Below are positions 25,401 to 37,400 of a DNA stretch of 64,000 nucleotides, piece by piece (position 1 is the stretch's first letter; each line of letters begins with the position of its first letter). A program made the position numbers and the translations under genes. The stretch is from Rhizaria sp. SCN 62-66 (lineage: Eukaryota). The notes under the pieces are model-generated. The model ran no database searches and was not told the DNA's origin. It saw only the letters and a list, made by a program, of their open reading frames with translations. The stretch lies in contig MEDY01000212.1 of the NCBI GenBank assembly GCA_001724265.1, positions 1 to 64,000 of the forward strand, in the 5' to 3' direction.

Positions 25401-28400
25401 GCAGCCACGTTGGCCAGTTGTGCCTCGGCGATGCGGTGCAGCGGCGTCAGCGCGCGCGCCGCAGCCACCAACGCGCGCTGCCGCCGCTGCAGCAGCTGCA
25501 GCCGCTCGCGGCGCTGCTGTCGCGGCACGTCGCCGCCAGGGTCGCTCAGGCTCGGCATGTCGCTACTGCTGCTGTTACCACAGTTGTTGCTACCGTCGTT
25601 GTTGTTGCTCTCGCTGAATATGCCCGCAAGCGCGTTTTGAAATGTCGCCTCCATACGTCGGCGCTCTTGCACAATTTGGTTCTGAAAAATGCCGAGCATG
25701 GACATGATTTTAGAGCAGAACTTCATAATGCGCTCGAGCACCGCGCAGCGCGCGCGCGCACTGCCCAGACATTCGCTCGCGATGTCGGCCCGCACCGCCG
25801 CGCGGTCCACCGCCACGACCGCGCCCGCGGAGTCGTCGCCCATACCCTGGCGCTGGCTCTGGCCCGGGTGCAGGGCAGTGAGCGGGGCCGTGCGCGGGGC
25901 GGTGTGCGGGGCGGTGTGCTGGACAACGCGAGTGCCAGCTGCGGTAACGAGTGACTGTGAAAGCAGAGAAAGCAGCTGCGGAGGGGCCGGGACCGGCAGC
26001 CCCGGCGCCTGCGCCTGCGAATGCGAATGCGACTGCAACTGCGAAGACGGCACCTGCGCCTGTGGCTGGGGCGTTTGCCGGGCGCGGAGGAGAGGCGGCG
26101 GCGGCAGGGTCCGCAGCGCGCGCACAAGCGCCCGCGGCACCAGCGCACTCAGCCTCAGCTCGGGCTCCCGTAGTGCTGACACAGCTGCACTCGCAGGCGC
26201 AGTTGCAGCCGCAGTTGCAGCGGCAGCTGAGGTCGGAGTTGCAGGGACGATTGCAGTCATAGTTGCAGTTGTGGGTCCAATTGTAGTTGCAGCGCTTGCA
26301 GTAGACGCAGCAGACGCAGGTTGCGGTGTGAGCGCAGGCTTAACATGTGTGTTACTTGTTTTGATGCTAGAGACTGTTGAGCTGCTCTCTAATTTGACAG
26401 CGTTTTCTGCCTTGAGCGCAAACGCACTCGCGGTAGCAGCAGCAGAAGCAACAGGAGCAGCAGATGCAGCAGCAGCAGATGCAACAGCCGAAGCAATAGC
26501 AAAAGCGTCGTGATCACTCATAGGCACCACAGCTGCGCTTTTATCGTCGGAGCTGCTGCCGGCAAGGCTTGCGTCCATCGCCACGGACGGGGGCGGCTGT
26601 GCAGCGCGCCTCGCGAGCACGAACGCTGCCAGAGACAGCCGCGGCCGGCCCTGGCCGTCGGTCGCAGTCGCTGCCCGAGCAGCCGCAGCCGCAGTCGTTG
26701 CAGGCGCGACGGGGGCGGGGAGCAAGGCTGCGATGCCGCTGGCCTCTGCCGAAGCCGTGAAGGCAGCGGCCGCGACGGCGGCCACCTCCTCGGCCGCCGC
26801 CAGCGCCGCCGCAAGCTCCGGCGTCACCAGAGAGCGCGGACTACTGTCCGCAGAGTCAATGGCAGCATCTGCGGCGGCGGCGGGCGGCAGCGGCAGAGCG
26901 AGCACCGGCGCCGTGGCCACAACGCCTGCGTTCGCCGCCGCGAAAGACGGCGACGGCACCGGCGACGGCACCGGCGACTGCGACTGGTGTTGCTGCTGCT
27001 GTTTTTGCTGCTGCTCGTTGTTGATGCGCCGGAGTGGCGTCCACGGCGGCAGACAGGGCGCGACAAGTGTCGAGTCGACGCACAGGCGCTCGGGCGCGCC
27101 TGACAGCAGCCCCCGCCTGCGCATGCGGGCGAAGCGGGCCTGGCGCCGTGCCTCGGTGCGCGCGCGCCGGCCTGAGCGCGCGCGGGCGCGGGCGGCGCGC
27201 GCCGCGGGCGCGGGGTCGTCGTCGCTGTCGCTGCTGCTGCTGCTGTCACTGCCGTACCAGTCGCCGTCGCCGTCGCCGTCGCTGCCGCTGCCGCTGGTAT
27301 GGATGATGTTGTTGCTGTAAGCGAGCACCGCGAAGGCCGCCTCGTGCGTGGTCGCGGCGATTGAGGTGGCGACGGCGGCCGCGGCAGCCCTGTCCTCCGC
27401 CGTGGCGGCCGCGGCGCCCGGCTCCTGCGCGCGCGCGGGCAGCAGCCGCGACCACGCCGCACAGAGCCCGCCCACGCGCGTCTCCAGCACGCCCGCGCGG
27501 CCCGCCTCGGCCAGCGCGCACCGCTGCAGCAGCACCGCGCGCAGCGTCGTCGTCGCTCCGGACGTCGGCGACAGCGGCGACTGCGACTGGGACAGATAAG
27601 GCTGCAGAGCGGGGAACTGGGCGGCAGAGGAGCCCGCGGTGACGGCGGCGTTAAGCAAAGCAGACGTGACGCCGCTGTTGCTGCTGGTTGCGGGAATCGG
27701 GGCGTAAAAGCGGCGCTCAAAGTACGGCAGCACCCTTAGACCAAGGCTGGTGGAGGTAATTACACCGACACCGTTGGCTTTGTCGTTGTTCCGGTGCAGA
27801 GTGGCCGTCGCATCCTCCCTGTTGACCAGGAACGTTGTGATGAACGGGTCGCAGCCGCCGGCGACAGCCAGCCGCGCCGCCACCGCCGCCGCAGCCGCCG
27901 CAGCCGCCGCAGCCACCAGCGGACAGTCAAGCGCGCCGCCAACGCCGCCACTGCCGCCCGCGGCGTTGGCTGCGTTGACCGCGCTGACGGCCCCGAGCGC
28001 GGCGGCGGCCTCGGCGCCGTGGTCGAACAAGAAGGGATCCCGCATCGGCGGTGCGGCGGCGGCGACGGCGCGCGCGGCGCGGGCCGCCACGGCCGCGGGC
28101 AGCCGCAGCGGCCGCAGCGCGCGCGCGTCTGGGCTGAGCCAGTAGCAGTCGGCCGCGGGGGCCAGCGGCCGCAACAGCAGCGGCACCAGCGGCGCCAGCG
28201 CGGCGTGCGCGGCAACAACCGCTGACCCCGCGGCCACTGCGGCGGCGGCGGCGGCGACGGCGGGTCGGTGCGCGTCGAGCGCGGCGACGTGGTCGGGCCA
28301 CGGCGGCACGAACAGCGGCGCGCCGGGCGCCAGCGCGGGCCCCGCGGCAAGCAGCGGCAGCGCCGGCAGCGGCGGCAGCGCGCGCGCCTCTGCGGCCTGC

Positions 28401-31400
28401 GCGGCGGGGTGCGGCAGCCCGCCCTCGACGCGATGCCCGTCGAGCACGAAGCTCAGCGCCGACTCGAGCGTCGCCGCCAGCCGCGACGCGCGCGGGTCCC
28501 CACCCAGCGCCAGCCCGCCGCCCGCGACGGGCAGCGCGGGGACGCCGCCGGACAGCGGCCGCAGCAGCGCCGCGGGCAGCGAGGCAAATGCAGAGGCCGA
28601 GAGCGGCGCGGCGGCGAGCGCGGCGGCGAGGCCGCTCGTGTCGCCGTTGCTGATGCTACTGCTGCTATGCCCGTAGCCGCGGGCGTTCGTGCTGCCGCTG
28701 CTCGCGTTGTTGGCTAGGACGGCGAGCGCGCGCAGAGGCACGGTCGAGAACACCGGCAGCGGCACTGCGACGGCGGCCGCGGCAGCGAGGGCTGCAACGC
28801 TCGCACACGCCGTCGCCGTCGCTGCTGTCGTCGTCACGGGCGTCGTCGCAGATGCTGCTGCGGTTGCTGCGGTCGGTGAGCGCCAGCCGAACGAGCTGCT
28901 GGCGTGGAAGCTCCGGCTCCCGCCGCCGCTGCTAATACCGCTCGTCGCGGTGTCGGTGCGGGTAGGGCTGCTGCTGATGCTGGTGCTGCTGAAGAAGCCC
29001 CCCGTCGCGCCGGCAGCCGGGCTCGCTACGGGCGCGGCACTCGCGCTCGCGACGGGGCTCGCAATGGCAGTCGCAGATGACGCCGGCGCGGCCGTGAGCG
29101 CGAGCGCGGCGGCGACGGGCGCCAGGGAGGGCAGCAGGAACCAGCCCGCCTGCTGCTGCCGCAGCTGCCGCCTGAGCGCTTGTTGCGCAGCCTTGCCGCC
29201 CGCGGTCGCGGCGGCCACCTGCGCCAGCGGCGGCAGCGCCGCGGCGGCGGACTGCGGCGCCGCGGGCGGGAGCCTGATGAGCACGCTGTTGGCCACGGCG
29301 GCGATGGCCAGCGCCTCGGCCTCCGCGGCGGCCTCGTCCGCCGCCGCCGCGCGCACCGCCGCCGCGTCGGCCTCGGCGTCCCCGCCCGCGGCGCCCGCTC
29401 CCGCGGAGCCCACGGCGGTGGCGCGGGCGCGCGCGAGGGCCTGTGCGTGCGCGTGCGCGGCGGCCTTGGCTGCAGCTGTCGCGGCGGCCGCGCGCGAGTC
29501 CTGGCGCCCGACCGCCCCGACCGACGACGAGGATGATGAAGATGCGGAGGACTGGTCGAGGGTGACGAGCTCGCCGCCCTGGAAGCGCACCGGCACCGAC
29601 AGCGAGTCGCAGGGCAGCAGCGGCCGGCGCAACGCCAGCAGCACCAGCGGGGACAAGAAGCCCGCGACGGGCGGCAGCGACTTAGCATTAAACTGCTGCG
29701 GTACATTTGCAGTCGCTGTTACTGATGCAGCTGCGGTCGCACAAGAGGAGTTGGAAGTCAAATCAGTCATTGCCGTCGCCGCTGACGCGCTCGGCACTGC
29801 GACTAAGGCTGAGGGCGCCGGCGCGAGCGTGCTGGCGCTCGCAGCAGAAGCTGTGTCGGCGTTATTGCCACTGCCTTTGCCTGCGTTGTTTGCATCGCCG
29901 GGCTCCGACTTGACTGAGCGCTTCTTGCGAGCCCTCTTCGCACGAGGCCCAGCCTGTGCCTCAGCCTTCACGTCAGCAGCATCAGCCCCAGCGTCAGCGT
30001 CAGCGTCAGCGTCGGCGGCGCGCCTGGAGCTGGCCCAGACTGCCGCGGCGGCCTCGGTGGTGGCGGCAACCGCGGCGGCCGTCGTCACCGCGGCACCGGC
30101 GACGGCTGCGAGCAGCGCGGCGCGGTGGTGCTCCGCCTCGGCGCGCGCGCGCAACCCGGGCGTGAGCAGGGTGTGCGTGAAGGTGCCCGCCGCGTTGTGC
30201 ACCGGCGTCGGCCGCACCGGCGGCCGCTGCAGCTGCGGCAAACTCAGCGCCAGCGCCAGCGACAATGACGACGACGCCGATGATGAAGCCGCAGAGAGAG
30301 CCTTTGCGGTGCTCGTGTCGCAGTGAATGTCGACCTCGTCTGCGCCACTGCGCAGACACAGCGAGGCGGCGTCGATGCGCATTGCTGCCGCGACCGCAGC
30401 CGTGGCTGCGGCCTCGGCGGCCTCGGCGACGGCGGCCGCGCGCCGGCTGCGGAGGCGGCTAGGGCACTCGCAACAGAAGCCGCCCCAGCCGCCCTTAACA
30501 GCCGCGACCGCAGCTGCAGCCTGAGTGCGAGAGTCGAACTCAGCGTCGGAGTCAGAGTCGCCCCAGCAGCCCTCCTCTTCCTCCTCATCTTGCTCGTCAT
30601 CCTCGTCGCTGTCGCCACCGTCGTCGCCGTTACCGTTATTGTTGCCGCCGGCAGGACCGGTAGCGTCGCGGTCCGAGTCGTCCGACCCGGACCCGGAGTC
30701 CCCAGAGTCAGAGTCAGAGTCAGAGTCAGCGCCGGCGCCCGCACCGCCGCGGCTGCCGCCTCTCGCGCCGATCCCAGTCCGCGTCCCGAAGCGGCGCTAG
30801 CAGTAGCACAGAGCGCGCCGCGAGCGGGCGCGGACGCTGGCGCGGGCCGCGGCCGCGGCGGCGGTCACCGAGCGGATCGCCTCGGCCGCAGCGACGTCCT
30901 CAGACTGCGCGTGAGACTGTGACCGCGAAAGCTGCGAGAGCGACGTTGAGAGTGACGTTGAAAGCGACTCCGTCATAGTGACCGTGAGCGAAATCTCCGC
31001 AGCGCCGTCTAAGGGGCCCATCTTGCGGCCCCTTAGATCGCTGAGGCGCGCGCGCCTTGGCTCCCACCAGCCGCGCTGCGCGGGGCTAAGCGGGTACACA
31101 GGCGCCGCCGCGCAGAGGACGCTGGGCGGCAGCGCCCCCGCCCCCGCCATAGTAGCCAGTTGCGTCGCGGAGAGCGAGCGCGACTGTGGCTTCGGCTGCG
31201 GATCAACGTCGACAGTCGTCACAAGCGCTGTGACAGCAGTAGTGGCATCAGCAGGAGCAGCAAGAGCAGCGGTAGTGGCGGCAGCAGCATCGGCGGCGGC
31301 GTAGGACTGCTTCACGCGCTCAAGCTTCCGCAATTGCTTCAAAGGAACAGCTTTAGTCGCAGGCACCGTCTCAATCGCAGGGAGATAACCGAACAGGCCA

Positions 31401-34400
31401 GAGCTCCTGCTCTTGCTCTTGCTCTTGTTGCTGTCGCCTTGAGCGTGGGTGGCGCCGCAGCTGTCGTTGTCCCCGATGATATAGTCATAGTAGTCGTTCT
31501 CACAGTCACGGTTATTATCGCTGCCAGTTTCGTCGTCCTCGCCGTTATTCTCAGCGCCAGCGTTGACCGTGCGCCTCGCCCTCATCTGAGCCTTCGCCCG
31601 GCCGGCAGCACGCACCCTGGCCCAGTCTATCGCGGCCACGGCGGCGCGCGCGGCCTTAACGGCGGCCCACACGGGGCTCAGCCGCGCCGTGGCTGAGGTC
31701 GTCGCGGCCGCCGCCAGCATGTGCTGCCGCCGCTGCTGCTGCTGCTGCTGCTGCAGCAGCCGCTGCCTCTGCAGCAGCGAAGACGGCACAGCAGCGCCCG
31801 ACGCTAACGCTGACGCTGAAGCAATGCGGGGGCGCTTGGTAAGCTGGTCATGTGGCTCTCGCTTCGTGGCTGGGCTGGCAGCCGCTTTCGCCCCAGCCTT
31901 CGCTGACGCGACGTCATCAGAGTCGGAGTCAGCGTCAGCGTCTAAGTCTGAGCCCGAGGTAGAGATAGAGCTCGCGTCAGAGTCGGAGCCAATGACGACG
32001 ACGTCGCTGTCACTCTCAGCAGCAGCAGCAGCAGCAGCAGCGGCGGCGGCAGCAGCCCGTTCGCGACTGCGAATCCTCCGCCGCTTTGCCCTGCGATTAC
32101 CGCTGAGGCTGCCAGCGGCGCCGTCGCTGCCGCTGACGCCGCTGCTAGCTTTGTCGCTGCCACCGTTGCTGTCGTTGCCGTTGCCGTTGCCGTTGGCGGC
32201 TTTCACGAACGGTGGCGCGCGCTTAAGCCCCGGCGACAGCGCCACCTCCGCCGCCGGCGACTGCAGCACAGCGCCGCCAGAGCCTGCGCCAGAGCCAGTG
32301 GCGGCGCCAGTGGCGGCGGGGGGCTTTCGCTGCGACGACTGCATCTGCGACGGGGAGACCAGCGGCAGCAGCGACTGCGAGCCCGAGCCCGAGCGCGCGC
32401 GCTGCACGGCCACCGGGAGCGAAGACGACGCGGACTTGGACTGCGGCGGCAGCGGAAGTGCCACCAAGCGCTCCTTGCCGCTGCCGTCGTCGTCGTCGTC
32501 GCTGTCGCCGATCAGCGTCGCGCTCTCGTGCGCGTCACTGGCGGCAACATCACCGGCCGGAGTCGGGCTTGCAGCAGCAACAGCGGGCGCATCAGCCACA
32601 GCTGCGGCAACGACAGCATAGCCTCCACCAGCAGCCGCGGCAGCAGCAGCGGCGGCAGCGGCGGCCTCGGCGGCTTGATCGCGCGCGTTGGCCTCCGCCG
32701 CCGCCGCCGCCGCCGCGCGCCCCGCCGCGGCCTGCGCTGCGCCCGCCGCCGCCGTGGCCAGAACCTCAGCCACAGCAAGCGCGGCGCTCGCGGTCGCCTC
32801 GGCGGGGGCGATGCCACCGCGCCCGCGCCCGCGCCCGTAGCTGCAGCCCGCGGCCACGAAGGCGTTGCGGTCGGCCAGCAGCCGCAGCCGCGCGCTGGGG
32901 GGCAGCGCGGCCGCGGCCGCGGCGACCGCAGCCAGCGCGCGCGCGCCTTCCGCACCCGCAGTTGCAGTGGCGCTCGCGATGGCGCTGCAGTCGCAGACGC
33001 CGGTGCGGAGCACGAGGTCGAGCGTCGCGGCGGAGCCCAGCCCCAGAACAGCGCAGTACTCGGCGACGGGACGCGCGGCCAGCGCCGCCGCGGCCGCCGC
33101 GCCCGTGATGGCCCGCGCGACCGCAGCCTCGGTCTCTGGGCTGGCCGTGAACGCGCCCGCAGCCGTGACCGCGGAGTCGGCTGTGTTTAACGCCGCTGCT
33201 GTAGCTGCTGCTGCTGGTGCTGCTGCTGATGTAGCGGCGGCGGCGGCGGCGGCGGCGGCAAGCGCGGGCGCGGCGCCGGCCCACCAGCGGCGCGCGCGCG
33301 CGGCCTCCTCCTCAGCGATGCGCACCCACAACGACAGTGGGCCCGCCAGGCAGCGCGCGCGCACCGCGGCCGCGCCCGCCCCCGCCCACTCGGAGACTGG
33401 CGCAGACGCAGGCTCCAGGTCTGCATCCGCGAGTGCGCCTGCAGTGGGGGCGGCGCCACTGCTCGTGGTGCCGCTGTTGGCCTTGGCGTCGGCGCCACCG
33501 CGCCGCAGCCTCGCGGCGGCGGCCGAGGCGGCGGCAACAGTGAGCGCCAGGGTCTGGTCGCCCGCGGACCCGGGCGCGCCGCCGCGCACGGCGCCATGGG
33601 CCAGCAGCCGGTCTGCCCGCGCGCGCGCGGCGGCGGCGGCGGCGTAGTCTCCGGCCACGGCCGCTGCGGCGCCCGCCAGCGCCAGCGCGGCCCCGGGGGC
33701 GTCGCACGCGCCCCGCCGCGGCGCGCAGAGGCCCGCGACCGCGGCGCCCGCCACGCTCGCGGCTGCGGGGGGCGCCCGGGCACTCGCACTCGCAGTGCTA
33801 GCGCTTGATCGAGAGGCAGAGACTGCATTGGGCAGGGGCGCGGCGAGCGCGACCGCCAGCGGTGCCGGCAGCGACAACGACAGCGCACGCGCGAGGCGGG
33901 CCGCCGAAGCGTTTGTGGCCAGCGCGGCTAGCAGCAGCGAGGCCGGGACGTGCTCCTGGCGCGGCGGCGCGCCCTCCTCGGCAGCCGTCATCGCGGGGGG
34001 GCTCGAGTTGGAGCCAGAGGTCGACAGAGCGCCGTGTGTCAAAGCACTCGGCAAACTATCGCCAGCGCCGCTGTGGGTGCTCTTGCTACTGGCGCTGCTG
34101 CTGCTGTAGGGCTGCAGCAGCGTGTCAAGCGAGAGCGTGACAGAGCCCGTCACGAGCAGCGCGGCCGCGGCCACGACGTCCACCCAGCGGTTGCGCAGCA
34201 GCAGCATCACGGCGCGCAGCAGCGGCTGCGGCAGCGCCAGCGGCTGCAGTGCCGGCCGCAGCCGCGACCGCAGCCGCTGGTTCGCCACCGCCGCGCGCGC
34301 GCGCAGCACATGCATCGGCGCGTTCGACGCAGCCGAAGACGCAGCGTTCGCAGCACTCGAAGCAGGGGCCTCGTTGGGGGGCCGGCGCGGGTCGATGGCC

Positions 34401-37400
34401 AGGAGGACGGCGTTGGCCAGGACCAGGAAGTCGGGCGGCCCCAGCAGCAGGTCGACGCCCTCGACGTCGTGGCCCTGCTCCGCCTGCAGCCGCGCGCGCG
34501 CCGCGGGGTCACGCGCGCGCCGCGCCACGAGCAGCCCCAGCGGCGGGCCCAGTCCCAGGGGCGCGCCCTCGCGCGGTGCCAGCGCGGCCACGGGCGGCTC
34601 CAGCGCCGGTGGCGGCGGCTGAGAGCCGGGGGCGGCGGCGGCGGCGGGCGCGGCGGCGCCGTCGTTGTTGTCGGGGAGGGAGGTGCGCTCGTGCGGGTTG
34701 TGCTGCGGGTCGAAGGTGTTGTAAGTGCCGTAATGGTTATTATTACCGATGCTGCTGCCGTTGATATAATTGTAGTATGTCTCCAAGCCGAGCCCCATTG
34801 CGGGCGGCTGGGGGATAGGGCCGTCGCCACTTCCGCCGCCGCTGTTGCTGCTGCCAGCGAGACTGTTGTTGTTCTGACTCGCGGCTGCGATGAGAGTGGT
34901 GGGGGTGGGGGCGGCAGGGATCACTGCGGACCGGGCGACACGGCCTCTGCAAAACAATTGGGACAAAAGCAAGCATAGGTAGATTAAGAATGAGTTGTGT
35001 TGAAAATGAAATATATCATCGGGAATTTAAAATCTGATCCAAATAATATCATATTTTACGTCCACGACTCTCTCGCCACGTACCGCGCAGGCCCCGCGTC
35101 CCTCTTGCCGAGCGCGAGCCCGAGCGTGAGGGCGTCCGCGACGGGCGCGAAGACGCCCAGCCCCAGCGGCGGCGCCGAGAGCAGGCGGCACGACCCGGGC
35201 GGGTCCCCGCGCACCAGCTCCACCACCGAGCGCCGCAGCGGCGCCAGCGCGGCCTCCTCTTGCAGCGCGGACTCGGCTGCCACGGCCGCCGCAGCGGCGG
35301 CCGCGGCGGCAGAGGCGGCAGAGGCAGAGGTCGCCTGCGCCGCCGCCAGGGCGGCGACCTGGGCGTGCGTCGGGGACGCTACAGAGCAAGAAACAGTGTC
35401 GCAGGGACAAAGGGGCAAAGAATAAAGAATAACGTGTAAGAATAAAAGACAAAACGTGAAAGCAAACTCGAATGCAATTCAAAATCAATGAAAACAGTTT
35501 AAATGGCACTAGGTAGTCGTAGATATCTCCGCCTTGAACTTGAACACACTGACGCACCTGCACTGGCGCTGGCCGCGCTGGCGGCGCTGGGGCTGTGCCC
35601 GGCCGCGGCCGCGACGGCCGCCGCGTGCGCCGCCGCGAGCGTGGCCACCGCGGCCGCGGACCTCGCCGCAACTGCCGCGGCGGCGGCCTCCTCGCCGCGG
35701 GCCCTGAGCGCGGCGTCGGCGTCGGCGGGCGCGGCGGGCAGCAGGTTGAGCGCGACCCAGTCGAACTCCAGCAGCACACGCGCCAGGCGGTCCGCACGCG
35801 GCAGCGGGCGCCCCTCGGGGACGAGGCCCAGCGCGCGGAAGCACTCGGGCGACGCGAAGGGCGATGGCAGCGGCTCCGAAAAGACGAGCGTGGGGCATGC
35901 CGCCAGCGAGACGGCCGCGGGCGACGAAGGACCTACCAGCGGCAGCGCGCGCAGGATGCCCCGCAGCCGCTGCGCCGCGTCGGAAGCGGCGTTTGTATGC
36001 GCAGCCGCCGCACTGGCGCTGGTGAGCGCGCGCGCGGCGGCGCGGAGCGGCCGGGGCGGCGGCAGCAACTCCAGCAGGGGCGCGGCGGCGGGCGCGGCGG
36101 CCGCAGCGGTCCGGGCCGCGGCTGGCGCCGCGCCGGGGCCAAGGCCCCAGTGGTCCGGCAGCACTGGCCGGCCGGGCGCGGCAGGCCCCCGCAGGTCCCC
36201 GGCCACTACGGCGGTCACAGCGGCCGCAGCGGCGGCCGGGGCGCCCGTGGAGAGCGCCGCGAGCGCCGCGGCGGCGGCGGCGGTGCGCGGGCCCAGCGGC
36301 GCCGGGGAGGCCGGGAGCGGCCAGTGACGGCGCAGCACGGGGCCCGAGCAGCTCAGCTGCGGCCAGTCCGTCACGGCGGCGGCGGACCCGGCGGCGGCAG
36401 CGGCGGTGCACTGAGAACAGAAGCAAGGGGCTGAGACAGAGCCTGGGGCAGAGCTAAAGCCCGAGATAGAACTAGAACTAGAGTCATTCGAGGCCGCATT
36501 CGATGTGTCATCGTCCGTCATCGCAGTCGCGCTCACCCTCGCACTTGGACTGCTGCTGTTGGTGCTGTTGCCGTTGCTGCTGCGCCGCTGCCTCATCGCG
36601 TGCTGCAGCTGCATCAGCGCGCGCTCGGGCGCAAGCGCGGCGGGGCAGCAGTGGCGGCCGATGGCGATGGCGCCCACGCCCGCGACCGCGAGGGCAGCCA
36701 CGGCGCGCGCGCGCGGCGCGGCGGCGGCGGCCAACAGCGGCCGGCTGTGCAGCAGCGCCGCCAGCGCGGGCGGGGAGGCCACCAGCCGCACCGGCGACGC
36801 GGACGGCGCCTGCCACGCATGCGCGCTGGACACGGCCGCGGCGGCCGCGGCGGCCACGGCGACGGCGGCCGCGGCCGCGGGAGAGCTCGAGCTAGAGCTT
36901 GCGCCTGAACTCGCGCTGGAATGACCGAAGTCGCTGGCGACGCTTGCAGCAGAAAGAAAGGCAGATGCGGGAGCTGGGGCGGGGGCGGGGGCGGACGTTT
37001 GCGGCGGGCCTGCAGCGGCCGTGGCCGTCGCTGTGGCGAAGTCGAACGACGCGGGGGCGCTCCGCGCGGCTGTCGGCGAGCCCTGGGGGCTGTGGCTCGG
37101 CCGGTTCGCAAACCCTGCAGTTGTAGCGGCAGCAGCGGCGCCGGCGCCGGCGGCGTCGGCAGCGTTAGCGGCGTTGGTGGCGCTGGTGGAGGTGCGGATG
37201 GGCAGCGGCAGCTCGGCGGCCAGCGCGACGCCCCAGGCCGCGGCAGAGTCGGGCCTCGGCAGCGACGGTGACAGCGCCTGCAGCGCGCGCAACAGCCCCG
37301 CGGGCACCGCAGCCGCTGCCGTTGCCGCTGCTGACGCTGCGGCCGTTGCTGCGGCCGCGTTCTTGGGCTTTGTACTGGCATTCACCTTGCTGCCGTCGCC